Below are positions 24,368 through 37,745 of a stretch of DNA of 64,000 nucleotides, in pieces; the first letter of the stretch is position 1, and each line of letters begins with the position of its first letter. Under the pieces are notes generated by a model that saw only the letters and a list, made by a program, of their open reading frames with translations, did not search any database and was not told the origin of the DNA. The DNA comes from Octopus sinensis (Eukaryota): positions 35,402,001 to 35,466,000 of the forward strand of contig NC_043010.1 in assembly GCF_006345805.1 (NCBI RefSeq), given 5' to 3'. The position numbers were made by a program, and so were the translations under genes.

Positions 24368-27300
24368 GCATACACATACTATATTTTTGTAAGGAAGATA
24401 TTTGACACAGACATGGCTGTATGGTAAGAATTTTGCTTCCCAACCACGTGGTTCCAGGTTCAGTCCCACTGTGGAACCTACAGTAGTCTCAGGCCAACCA
24501 AAGCCTTGTGAGTGAATTTGGTTGGCAGAAACTGATAGAAGCCTGTCATGTGTGTGTGTGTGTCTGTATTTGTCCCTCACCACTGCTTCATTACCAGTGT
24601 TGGTGTGTTTACATCCCCATAACTAAGCAGTTCGGAAAAAGATACTGATAGTATAAACACCAGACTTAAAGAAAATAAGTTCAACTAAAAACTCTTTAAG
24701 GTGATGTCCCTAATATGGCCACAATGTAACAACTGATACAAGTAAAAGACTGTAACCATGATTGGACTTGATCATAATATAATTAAAAGTTGTAAGAGAG
24801 CAGTATCCGTGAAGTTGGATAAGTTAAGAAGTATATACTGAATATCATACTCAAATTTTTAATTTATTGAATTCACCGAAATTCACCTCTGCAACAGGCA
24901 AGGGAGATAAATTATTTGCTGCGTGGCAACTGTTAAGAACTCTAAAGCAAGGGGACATAATTTCATGAACTCAGATTCTCAATTGGAATTGTTTGATGAA
25001 GAGATAACTAAAACATAATGTTCCACTTTGACCTCAGCTGCATAATATAGCTTTAACTCTGCTACCAAATCACTTGTAGACAATTTTGTACATACAATAC
25101 GAATCTAGTATATTTTTGTTCGAGGGTAATTTCCATAATTAAAACTAAAACGAACTAATTCAAAAGAGACAGTGGCATGGATTTGGATAATTAACTTAAA
25201 ATGATGATACACTGAATATTATATTCATCAAATTCTTAATTTGTTGAAATTTTCCTCAACGACTAAGAAAGAAGACTAAAAACTAGCAGAAATTGTTAGT
25301 AACTCTGAAGAAGAAAGCGGGATAATTTCAAGACTATATTTCTGACTGATTTAACATGCTTGGGAAGTTTAAGCTCTATATAGTAGTTATGGTTGAATTA
25401 CCCTTTAAGCCAAGGACTATTTTCCTTTTGTACCTTATGAAACAAAGAACTAGGGTTGGTAGAAGTGGCTAAAATCCCTTGAACCAAGCTTCAGTTCAAT
25501 TACTAAAACCAATATAAAAGAGATTAACTTAAGCTGAAAACTTCATTAAGCTTTTATTCCCATTAGGCCAGCTTTCAAACTGTAAGCTGACCATGTGTTA
25601 GCTTCAATTACTTTATTTCAGAGGTCAGAGTGAATGTTTAAATTCATGCTAGCAAAGCTCAGTGTGGTTAACTTAAGTGAGTGAATGTTTAAATGCATAT
25701 CATACAATTTAATAAGTAACAGTAAAACAACTACATAAATATAACTTTAGATTAATAATTCTAACTTCAAATCCACTGCAATCATTTTGCTGTTTTGTGG
25801 GGCTGTACACATGATTCATAGAATCACAGTTTTCCTACATTAATCTGTGGTAGATAGGTTTCCTTTCCTTGGAGACAGTTATCTTACTCATCTTCACATC
25901 ACAAAACCAAGACCAAAATACTGGTCCTCAAAAATTCTGCTGATCTTAAGAGAAATTTTTACATTTAATTGGCCCAAATACGAACCAACAAGGAAACCTT
26001 TAAGTGAGCATTCAATCTGCTAGAAATATCAACTAAATTTCCCTTGAATAACATCCTACCATCTTTAATTAAAGGTGGATACAGTGGATTACTAATTTTA
26101 TAGGGACATTTATCAATCAACCCAAATGATATTTAGCAGTCATATTCCACTATTAAATGACCAAAATACTTTCTCAGTGAGCCAGTCCAGCTGGTTGTAA
26201 AATAGGTACCACATGTTAGAATGGCTGGCTCCTGCTGATGTAAGCAGTGGCAATAATGCTATATTATCTTTGAATATTTATTTTCTTCAGTTCATAGTGC
26301 TGCAGTGTTCATGTGGTGATGCATATTGGAAGTCCTAAGAACACCTGCTTATTGTGTTACTTTCTCCTATTGTGACAAATCCTGTACATTATTTAATCAG
26401 AAATCAAGGACTGAACAACTTTAGGAATCCGTAAATCTTCTGCATTCTGGAAATTGCCAAATTCTTTATTTAAAAAAATGTTTTTTTTTTGCATAACTGA
26501 AAAAAAAAACTTCATCTATGGTTTTTTTTTTAAAGAAAAAAGGAAAGAACAAATATATATATATATTGTTTCTATTTTGTTATTTTTATTTTATCAAAGT
26601 GGCTGTGAAGTATTGAACTACTAAGTTCAAACTCATTACCTAAATGTCTGAGATGCTGGACTAACAGCCTTATCTTTACAGATAAAACATCTGATATTTA
26701 AATCTACACATTTCAAATAGTTTGATCTTGATCATGATTAGGTGTCTTATTCTTGGATGTGCACATGGTCTGAAACAAGATTAAAATAAGGAGCCCTTAT
26801 TAGTACCCTTACTTTAGAATTAAAGTTTCTTGGATCAAATCCAAACCAGTCCTATGTTTTCTATACCCGTATCAAGGAATAAAATAAAAGATAATGATCT
26901 GAGGGCTAATCAACCAAGGTGCAGAGTAGCTGTAAGATTTGTTTAAATAGGCAAAAGTATGGCTGTGTGGTAAGAAGCATGTCTCCCAACTACATGGTTG
27001 TGGGTTCAGTCCCACTGTGTTACCTTTGGCAAGTGTCTTCTGCTATAGCCCTGAGTTGACCAAAGCCTTGTAAGTGGATTTGGTCGACAGAAACTGAAAG
27101 AAGTCCATCATATGTATGTGTGTTTGTCCTCCACTTGAAAACCAGTGTTGGTTTGTTTACATCCCCATAATTTAGCAGTTTGGCAAAAAATTACCAATAG
27201 AATAAGGACCTACCAGGCTTTAAAAAAAAATAAGTACTGGAGTTGATTTGTTCAACTAAGCCCTTCAAGGTGGTGCCCCAGCATGGCTGCAGTCTAGTGA

Positions 27301-29159
27301 CTGAAACAAGTAAAGATAAAATATTTCTTCTCTGAAGATAAGGCTAATATTTTGAAAAGCTTTAATCATAGTTTCAAACCATAACAGAACAATAAATCAT
27401 TGGTTAACAGCAGACAAAAATTCACATTTGGCTTCTAAAATTATTATTATTACTTGCTCTTCACCATGTGTTTTGCTCCATGAGTTCCTGTCCTTAGATT
27501 TTGTGATGTTGAAGATTACCATCAACCACATTGATCTCACTAGTCACGTAAGTCATGCAGAAGTCACAGGTGCTGCTTTGCCTCCTGATTAAGCTGTTAA
27601 GTCCTTTTTAACTATCATCATCAATTTTATGTTTGCTTTTTCCATGCTGGCATGGGCTGTACAAGACTTCTTGAGGCAGTACTCCATAGCTGGATGCTCT
27701 TCTTAATGCCAGCCTTTGTTTTTTAGTAAAACATTTTATCAAGGTCACTAGACATGAGCTTTTGCATGCTAAATATCTAAACTGCAGAACAGAAACAAAT
27801 GCCACTGCTATACAAGCAGTGTCAGAGTGCAAACACATGGACATAAATATACATATGCACACTCCGTACAGGTCCAGGCATGGCTCTGTGGTAAGAAGTC
27901 TACTTTCCAACCATATGGTCCTGGGTTCAGTACCACTGTATGGCACCTTGGACAAGTGTCTTCTACAATAGCTTTGGATCAACCAAAGCCGTGTGAGTTC
28001 ATCGTGTATGTCTGTATTATATATGTGAAGACCTGACAAAGTGAGTTCATGGCTGTATCCTACATCAGCTTCACACAACCAGTCCCAGCCCATTCAAAGT
28101 ACCTTGGATCGCAGAACGGCCTGCGGTGCTTACCTTGGATCGTGGGGTGACCTGCTGTGCTTGAGGAGACCTATTGGGCCAAGTATATCAACATCAAAAT
28201 AAAGATCAAATGGAATTGTAGTTATGAGACCCGTGCTGGTGGCACGTAAAAACACCATCTGAATATGCCAGTGCTGGTGGCACGTAAAAAGCACCAACCA
28301 ATCGTGGCCGTTGCCAGCCTCCTCTGCTCCCTGTGCCAGTGGTACGTAAAAAGCACCCACTACACTCACGGAGTTGTTAGCATTAAGAAAGGCATCCAGC
28401 TGTAGAAATACTGCCAGATCAGACTGGAGTCTGGTGCAGCCTCCTGGCTTCCCAGACCCCAGTTGAACCGTCCATCTCATGCTAGCATGGAAAACGGACA
28501 TTAAACGATGATGATGATGTATGTGTGACTTTCACCACTGCTCAACAACCAATGTTGGTTCATGTCCCCATAACTTAGTGGTTCACTAAAAGTTGGCAAT
28601 AGAATAAGTATCAGCCTTAAAAATATAAGTTGTTTTGTTCATCTAAACCCTTTCAGACAGTACCCCAATAAGACCACTGTCCAAAAACTGAAACAAGTAA
28701 AAAAATGTGCGTGTGTATATGTATACACACACAATGCACTTGCATAGTTTTCATCATGTCAATGAATTTTACTCAAGTTATTGATTAACCCAAGACACTT
28801 GCCCAGTGTACCACTTTGGTGGAATTGAATAAGAAATTATGTTGTTACAAAGAGAATTCCTTAACCACAGAGCCATGCCTGTGCTCTCCAGAATAAGATG
28901 GCTGTTTATTTCAGGCAAATTTCCTCAATGAGCAAAAAGGAGGCTCACCAAATTTCACAGTGATTCAGCAATTTAATATACAAGCCTTTGCTGCCTGATT
29001 ATGGCCAGGTAGACTGGACCGTGAGAGAAAATGTACTGCTGATGATAATATGAATTATCGACCTTTTTGTTTGGTGAACTGATCCACAAAGAAAATATAT
29101 TGATGGTGAGAGAATATGAACACCCAATCTCTCAGCTTGTTTGATATATTAATAATAGA

Positions 29160-31865
29160 GCTAAGGTGGTGAGCTGACAGAATCATAAGTATGCTGAACA
29201 AAATGCTTAGTGGCATTTTGTCTATCTTTACATTCTGAGTTCAAATTCTGCTGAGGTCAATTTTCTTTCATCCTTTCAGGGTCAATAAAATAAGTACCAG
29301 TTGAGCACTGGCGTCAATCTAATCATCTTATGCCCACCACCCCCAGATTGCTGGCCTTGTGCCAAAATTTGAAACCAATAATAGAGCTATCCTGCAATAT
29401 GAAGGCTTATGGCCTAGTGGTCAGGATCTTGTACTCAAGATATAAGATTGCACTTTTGATTACCAGATCGGATGGTGTGTTGCATTCTTTTGCTAAACTC
29501 TTCATTTCATAATGCTCCAGTCCACTTAGTTGGCACAACTGAACCCCACCAATAGCTGGGGAGTTGACCCCTGCAATGGATCAATATCCTATTCAGCAGA
29601 GTGTTGTAATCCCAGTCACTTATGTGCCAAGGAAATTGGGTAAAAGCTCCAGCTTTCTGAGTCCTTAGGCTCATGACAGACCTAAATCTATCTTGCAATG
29701 CCACTACTGAAATAAAAACTGATACACCTAAGGAAGACACTAATAATAATGGTTTCAAATTTTGGTGCAGAGCCAGCAAGTTCAAAGGAGTGGGTAAGTC
29801 AATTACATAGACTCCAGTGCTGAACTGGTATTTACTTTATCGATTCTGAAAAGGTAAAAGGCAAAGTCAACCTCGACAAAATTTGAACTCAGAATGTAAA
29901 GATTGATGAAATGCCACAAAGCATTCTGCCTGGCGTACTAAAGATTCTACAATTCTGCCAGCCTACCGCCTTGAAGGCTAATAATCCTTTCTACTATAGA
30001 CACAAGGGCTGAAATTTGTGGGGAGGGGACTAGTTGATTACATAAACCCCACTGTTTCAGTGGTACTTAATTTATCAACCCCAGAAAGATGAAAAGCAAA
30101 GTTGACTTTAGCGGAATTTGAACTCAGAACATAGCAACAGGTGAAATACTGCTAAGAATTTTGCCTGGCATGCTAACAATTCTACCAGCTCGCTGCCTTA
30201 CTTGAAGACTAATAATAATGACAATTTTTAGCATTCATACAGGATTACAAATTTGGTGGGAAAGTAGCTATTAATTCAAACCAGTACTCGGAGAATTAAC
30301 CTCGACAGGATTTAAATTCAGAATATAAAATTTATTGCTCATAAATTTTAACAAAAAATCATGTGGGCCTCCAAGGGCCATACAGACCCCAATTGAGAAC
30401 TTCTTTTTCTTTAGCACTCCGTCGGTTATGACGATGAGGGTTCCGGTTGATCCGACCAACGGAACAGCCTGCTCGTGAAATTAACGTGTAAGTGGCTGAG
30501 CACTCCACAGACATGTGTACCCTTAACGTAGTTCTCGGGGATATTCAGCGTGACACAGAGAGTGACAAGGCCAGCCCTTTGAAATACAGGTACAACAGAA
30601 ACAGGAAGAAAGTTGTGGCGAAAGAGTACAGCAGGGATCACCACCACCCCCTGCCGGAGCCTCGTGGAGCTTTAGATGTTTTCGCTCAATAAACACTCTC
30701 AACGCCCGGTCTGGGAATCGAAACCGCGAGTCCGCTGCCCTAACCACTGGGCCATTGCGCCTCCACTAATTGAGAACTACTGTCATAGATGAATTGTTCA
30801 CCTTGTAAGATAATGGAGTGCATAACCAAACCAACAGAGGTGCCGTTTGAGCAAGTCTCAAACAGCTACGTTTGATGGGAGTTGATGTTTAGCTTGAACT
30901 TTTATGAACAAAAGAAATATGAACATGGTGGGAAATGAGATACAGTAATAATGCTTTCTACTATAAGCACAATGCCTGAAATTTTGTTGGTAGTGGGTTA
31001 GTCGATTATATAGACCCTAGTACTTGACATACTTCAACCCCAAAAGGATGAAAGGCAAAGTCAACCTTGGCAGAATTTGAACTCAGAATGTAAAGATGGA
31101 TAAAATGCCACAAAACATTTTGTCCTACATGCTTAACAATTCTGCCAGTACACTGACAGTTTAGGGGTTTGACAGGTTCATTTGAGGTACAGTAATATTG
31201 ATTTAAAATTTAGGCACAAGGCCAGCAATCTCAGAAGCAAGTTGATTACATTGACCCCACTGCTCAACAGGTACTTATTACATCAACACCAAAAGGATGA
31301 AAAGCAAAGTTGACTTTGGTGGAACTTGGACTCAAAATGTAAAGACAAACAAAATGCCAGTAAGTATTTAGCCTGGCATCTTAACGATCCTGTATGTATA
31401 TATATATATATATCAGTGAGGTGTTAGTTGTAGTTTAATGTTACAAGTTAATCTTTACCTCTTATTCAGACAGTCCCTCTTTAGGAAAAATTAGGTATGT
31501 GCATGTGTAGTCCTATGTAGTAAGGGCCATTCTAACGTATGAGTCATGATGTGTCCCGAGGTGATGATGGCAAAGAAAAAAATCTGGTAAATTATTTACA
31601 GGAAATACTTAGTGTTAGAAGCATCAACAGTAAGTTTGTTATATATTCTTTTCTACTCCATGTACAATGCCGCCGAAATTTAGGGGGGAGGGTGCCAGTT
31701 GATTAGATCGACTCCAGTACATAACTGGTACTTAATTCATCGACCCCAAAAGGATGAGAGACAAAGTCAACCACGGCCGAATTTGAACTCAGAACGTAAA
31801 GACAGATGAAATACTGCTAAGCATTTCGCCTGGCATGCTAATGTTTCTGCCAGCTTGCCACCTGT
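29160..31865. mobile_element. Cluster of family B SINEs, mostly minus strand
   Basis: Repeated ...gatgaaaggcaaagtcaacc...atttgaactcagaa... cores at ~29200(+), 29860, 30090, 31050, 31300 and 31760. Confidence 0.8.
30402..30767 (-). mobile_element. tRNA-derived SINE family D, young CpG-rich copy with 11-bp TSD
   Basis: Minus-strand head gtggaggcgcaatggcccagtggttagggc...ggtttcgattccc; TSD aattgagaact at 30391-30401 and 30768-30778. Confidence 0.85.
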
Positions 31866-32876
31866 TATATATTGAACAGAGATGAATTAAAGCAATTTTG
31901 TTCAAACCCAAATGTAAAAGGTAAATATATAGGTGCAGCCATAGCAGTGTTATAAGAGGCTTGCTTCTGAACCACGTGTCTGGGTTCAGTCCCACTTCAT
32001 GGCACCTTGGGTGAAAGTCTTCTACTATAGCCCCAGGCCAACCAAAGCCATGGAAATGAATTTGGTAGACAAAAACTAAAAGGAGCCTATCATCATCATC
32101 ATTTAATGTCCGCTTTCCATGCTAGCATGGGTTGGACGATTTGGCAAACCAGACTCCAATCTGATCTGGCAGAGTTTCTACAGCTGGATGCCCTTCCTAA
32201 TGCCAACCACTCCGAGAGTGAAGTGGGTGTTTTTACATGCCACCGGCACGAGGGCCAGTTTGGTGGTACTGGCAACGGCCACGCCCAAATGGTGCTTTTT
32301 ATGTGCCACCTGCACAAGAGCCAGTCCAGCGGCACTGGTGACGACCTTGCTCGAATGTTTCACGTGCCACCAGCACAAGTGCTAGTAAGGCGACGCGGTA
32401 ATGATCACACTCGAATGGTGTGTTTAACATGTCATCACCACAAAGGCCAGCTTATTGCTCTGGCAATGATCTCACTCATATGATATTCTTAGCGCTCCAC
32501 TAGCAACGAATGCCAGTCACCGAGTTTGATGTATATTTATGTGTAGGTGTTGTCCCCCACTGCTGCTTGACAACCAGTGTCAGCTTGGGTATATCCCTGT
32601 AACATGACCACAGTCCAATGACTGAAACAAGTGAAAGACAAAAAGAAAGATATGTGAAAAGACTTTAAGGAGCTTTTAAAGTTCAGTACTTTCAGTGTGT
32701 TAAGTAAATAAAGGATAATTTTTCTCTGAATGGACATCAGTTTATCACATTATTTACTGATACCCAACAACCAAGGGTAAACGGAAGCATGTGGAAATTA
32801 AGTAGTGTAGAACTGAAAGATGGAATAAAACTCCTACAATGGATTTGAACTTGAGAACTATGATATGGTAGTTTAA

Positions 32877-33074
32877 CCCTTTGGCATTCAGATTAGTCAG
32901 ATGTGATGCTTATTTATTCACATTGTTTTGAATTAATCTTGTAGCTTCGACGATGTGATTGTTTATTTTTAGATAGATATTGTATGATAGGTGTGAGAGG
33001 TCAAATCTGGCTGCTTTGAACATATGACAAGTAGAATATTTGGGCAGGATATCGCCTGTTTAAAAGCTAAAGGG
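32877..33074. mobile_element. piggyBac-type MITE
   Basis: TTAA|CCCTTTGGCATT ... AAAGCTAAAGGG termini. Confidence 0.6.
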
Positions 33075-33965
33075 CTACTGCAAACAACAACCATTTACCT
33101 AGCAATTTGCTTCTTCAGCCTCAAATAAATAGTGACATCAAAGTAAAACTCAAATTATCTTTTAATAAGTCAGCAATGTAGTATATTAATACTGAATATT
33201 GGTTACAAATTTTGGCACAAAGCCAGCAATTTCAAGGAAGTGAGTCAATTACATCGACCCCAGTGCTCAACAGGCATTCATTTTAGCAACCCCAAAAGGA
33301 TGTAAGGTAAAGTTGACTCAGGTGGAAGAACAAAGGCAGACAAAATACCACCAAGCATTTTGCCCAGCAGGCTAAAAATCTGCCAACTCAGCACCTTGTT
33401 AATACTAAATATTAACATATTAAAACAATCTTTTTATAATAAATTGCAATAAGGTGTATATAGAGAAAACTTACATTAGCCACGGCGAGATGGCTAACTG
33501 CAGAACTATTTTACCTCTAACAAAGCTTGTTTAGTTTAGACAGTTGGCTTATCTCATTTGCAACGTCAGTATGTTCTGGCAGTAAAAGAAAAAGATACTT
33601 CTTTAACCTTCAAAGTCTAACTGTAGTTTAATATGGAATAATTCTTTTCTGATATGGGCACAAAGCCTGAAACTTGTGGGGGTTACATTGACCTCAGTGT
33701 TCAATAGCTACTATTTTATTGATCCCAAAACAAAGAAACAGAAAATCAAGCTGGGTGGAATTATTTGAACTCGGAACATTAAGACATGCTAACAATTATG
33801 TCACCTCACTGCCTTGAGAACATGGAATAATAAAATCAAAAGATCCAGTCATTGGTAATGTGAAAATGCTAGCAGTAAAGATCAAGTAGATAGCATAAGT
33901 CTCCTACATTGTCTGGTATGTCATTTAATGACTTTATCATTTTTCAAACAAGCAAACAAAAACAT

Positions 33966-33993
33966 TTTATTTTTACAGTGGAGAAACTTTATT
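33966..33993 (-). terminator. Candidate poly(A) signals of the distal TMED terminal exon
   Basis: Two minus-strand AATAAA (33988-33993, 33966-33971) followed by GT-rich tgtttttgtttgcttgtttg. Confidence 0.35.
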
Positions 33994-34059
33994 TTTTAAA
34001 AACATACATTTTATCATGAAATGGTGATGTAGGTGCATGTATTTTTTAATGCCTGTATG

Positions 34060-34153
34060 TATGTATGTATATATGTGTATATATATATATATAATGTACA
34101 CGCATACATATTGATATGCACATATGTATACACATACATTTTGATATGCATAT

Positions 34154-34209
<56 letters not shown>

Positions 34210-34836
34210 TATATACATAGATATATAAGATATATATACATACATATACATAGATATATATAAGATATATATACATACATATACATAGATATAAGATATA
34301 TATACATATACATTACATATATATAAGATATATATACATATACATTACATATATATAGACATACGTATCCATATATACATACGTATCCATATATACATAC
34401 GTATCCATACATACATATATATATATATATATATACATACGTATCCATACATATATATATATATATATATAAATACGTATCCATACATATATATATATAT
34501 AAATAAATACGTATCCATACATATATATATATATATATATATAAATACGTATCCATACATATATATATATATATACATACGTATCCATACATATATATAT
34601 ATATATATACATACGTATCCATATATATATATATATATATATACATACGTATCCATACATTATATATATATAAATACGTATCCATACATTATATATATAT
34701 AAATACGTATCCATACATATATATATATATAAATACGTATCCATACATATATATATATATAAATACGTATCCATACATATATATATATATAAATACGTAT
34801 CCATACATATATATATATATAAATACGTATCCATAC

Positions 34837-34872
<36 letters not shown>

Positions 34873-37431
34873 CGTATCCATACATATATATATATATATA
34901 TAATATATACATACGTATATATATCTATACATATACATACGTATATATACTATACATATCCATACGTATATATATCTATACATATCCATACGTATATATA
35001 TCTATACATATCCATACGTATATATATCTATACATATCCATACGTATATATATCTATACATATCCATACGTATATATATCTATACATATCCATACGTATA
35101 TATATCTATACATATCCATACATATAATATATATATACATATCCATACGTATATATATCTATACATATCCATACGTATATATATCTATACATACATACGT
35201 ATATATATCTATACATATCCATACGTATATATATCTATACATATCCATACGTATATATATCTATACATATCCATACGTATATATATCTATACATATCCAT
35301 ACGTATATATATCTATACATATCCATACGTATATATATCTATACATATCCATACGTATATATATCTATACATATCCATACGTATATATATCTATACATAC
35401 GTATATATATCTATACATATCCATACGTATATATATCTATACATATCCATACGTATATATATCTATAATATCCATACGTATATATATCTATACATATCCA
35501 TACGTATATATATCTATACATATCCATACGTATATATATCTATACATATCCATACATATATATATACATACGTATCCATATATACATACGTATCCATACA
35601 TACATATATATATATACATATCCATACGTATATAATCTATACATATCCATACATATATAATCTATACATATCCATACATATATATATCCATACATATCCA
35701 TACATATATATATCCATACATATCCATACATATATATATCCATATATCCATACATATATATATCCATACATATATATATATCCATACATATCCATACATA
35801 TATATATCCATACATATATATATCCATACATATCCATACATATATATATCCATACATATATATATATCCATACATATATATATATCCATACATATATATA
35901 TCCATACATATATATTATATATATATATAATACAAAATGGGACAAGAACGCAAAACATCCGGACAGCTAGGTGATATACATACATATATATACACATATA
36001 CATATATACATACACATACACATATACATACATATAAACATACATATACATGCACATATACATACATATAAACATACATATACATGCACATATACATACA
36101 TATATAATATACATACGTATATATATCTATACATATACATACGTATATATATCTATACATATCCATACGTATATATATCTATACATATCCATACGTATAT
36201 ATATCTATACATATCCATACGTATATATATCTATACATATCCATACGTATATATATCTATACATATCCATACGTATATATATCTATACATATCCATACGT
36301 ATATATATCTATACATATCCATACGTATATATATCTATACATATCCATACGTATATATATCTATACATATCCATACGTATATATATCTATACATATCCAT
36401 ACGTATATATATCTATACATATCCATACGTATATATATCTATACATATCCATACGTATATATATCTATACATATCCATACGTATATATATCTATACATAT
36501 CCATACGTATATATATCTATACATATCCATACGTATATATATCTATACATATCCATACGTATATATATCTATACATATCCATACGTATATATATCTATAC
36601 ATATCCATACGTATATATATCTATACATATCCATACGTATATATCTATACATATCCATACGTATATATATCTATACATATCCATACGTATATATATCTAT
36701 ACATATCCATACGTATATATATCTATACATATCCATACGTATATATATCTATACATATCCATACATATATATATCCATACATATCCATACATATATATAT
36801 CCATACATATCCATACATATATATATCCATACATATATATATCTATACATATCCATACATATATATATCTATACATATCCATACATATATATATCCATAC
36901 ATATCCATACATATATATATCCATACATATCCATACATATATATATCCATACATATCCATACATATATATATCCATACATATATATATATCCATACATAT
37001 CCATACATATATATATCCATACATATATATATCCATACATATCCATACATATATATATATCCATACATATCCATACATATATATATATCCATACATATAT
37101 ATATCCATACATATCCATACATACATATCCATACATATATATATATATAATACAAAATGGGACAAGAACGCAAAACATCCGGACAGCTAGGTGATATACA
37201 TACATATATATACACATATACATATATACATACATATACACATATACATACATATAAACATACATATACATGCACATATACATACATATAAACATACATA
37301 TACATGCACATATACATACATATATATATATACATATAAACATACATATACATGCACATATACATACATATATATACATATATATACATACATAGATACA
37401 TACATATATATATACATGAGAGAGGTTGAGC

Positions 37432-37467
<36 letters not shown>
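34060..37467. repeat. 3.4-kb AT-rich compound micro/minisatellite with 26-bp unit ctatacatatccatacgtatatatat
   Basis: Long homogeneous arrays at ~34950-35550 and 36130-36760, flanked by TA/TACA variants. Confidence 0.95.
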
Positions 37468-37470
<3 letters not shown>

Positions 37471-37511
37471 GTAATTATACATGTATTAGGGTAAGGCCCT
37501 AAGTGCAGCTA

Positions 37512-37745
37512 TCATGACTGTATCGTGTTAGCTGGACGTTTGTCTGTGAAGAAGCTATGCAGAACTATGATCTGGCCAATTCCAACAACAATCACTGCCA
37601 CTGTCTCACATATAGACCAAAAAAATACTCTCTCATTCAGGAACTCAGCAAAAGCTCGCCCACTGGACTCCCGCAGCTTGAAGTGAGTCTGATAGTCAGC
37701 AATGGTGTTCAGTTGTGCATGTGTATTCACTGAAGTCTGCTCCAT
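37512..37745 (-). CDS. TMED7: p24-gamma (TMED7/TMED3-like) terminal exon, distal paralogous copy
   Basis: Minus-strand acceptor ttcttctctatcttcag|ATG. MEQTSVNTHAQLNTIADYQTHFKLRES...RVFFWS...GQI...SFFTDKRPANTIQS*; intact, same phase-0 boundary as the proximal copy. Confidence 0.9.
   Translation of the reverse strand: MEQTSVNTHAQLNTIADYQTHFKLRESSGRAFAEFLNERVFFWSICETVAVIVVGIGQIIVLHSFFTDKRPANTIQS

Noticed and set aside
30700-30767. tRNA-like sequence
   Set aside because: It is the head of a SINE with body, tail and TSD; no complete cloverleaf. The same applies to other SINE heads.
13570-32483. Recurrent ORFs with WMPFLMPTT / FHASMGWT words
   Set aside because: All derive from copies of non-coding repeat family C.
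34950-36760. Regular 26-bp repeats as a CRISPR-like array
   Set aside because: No unique spacers; pure tandem minisatellite in eukaryotic DNA.
33973-37502. Long ORFs (up to 407 aa) rich in Y/I/H/M/C
   Set aside because: Translation artefacts of stop-poor AT satellite; they occur in many frames on both strands.
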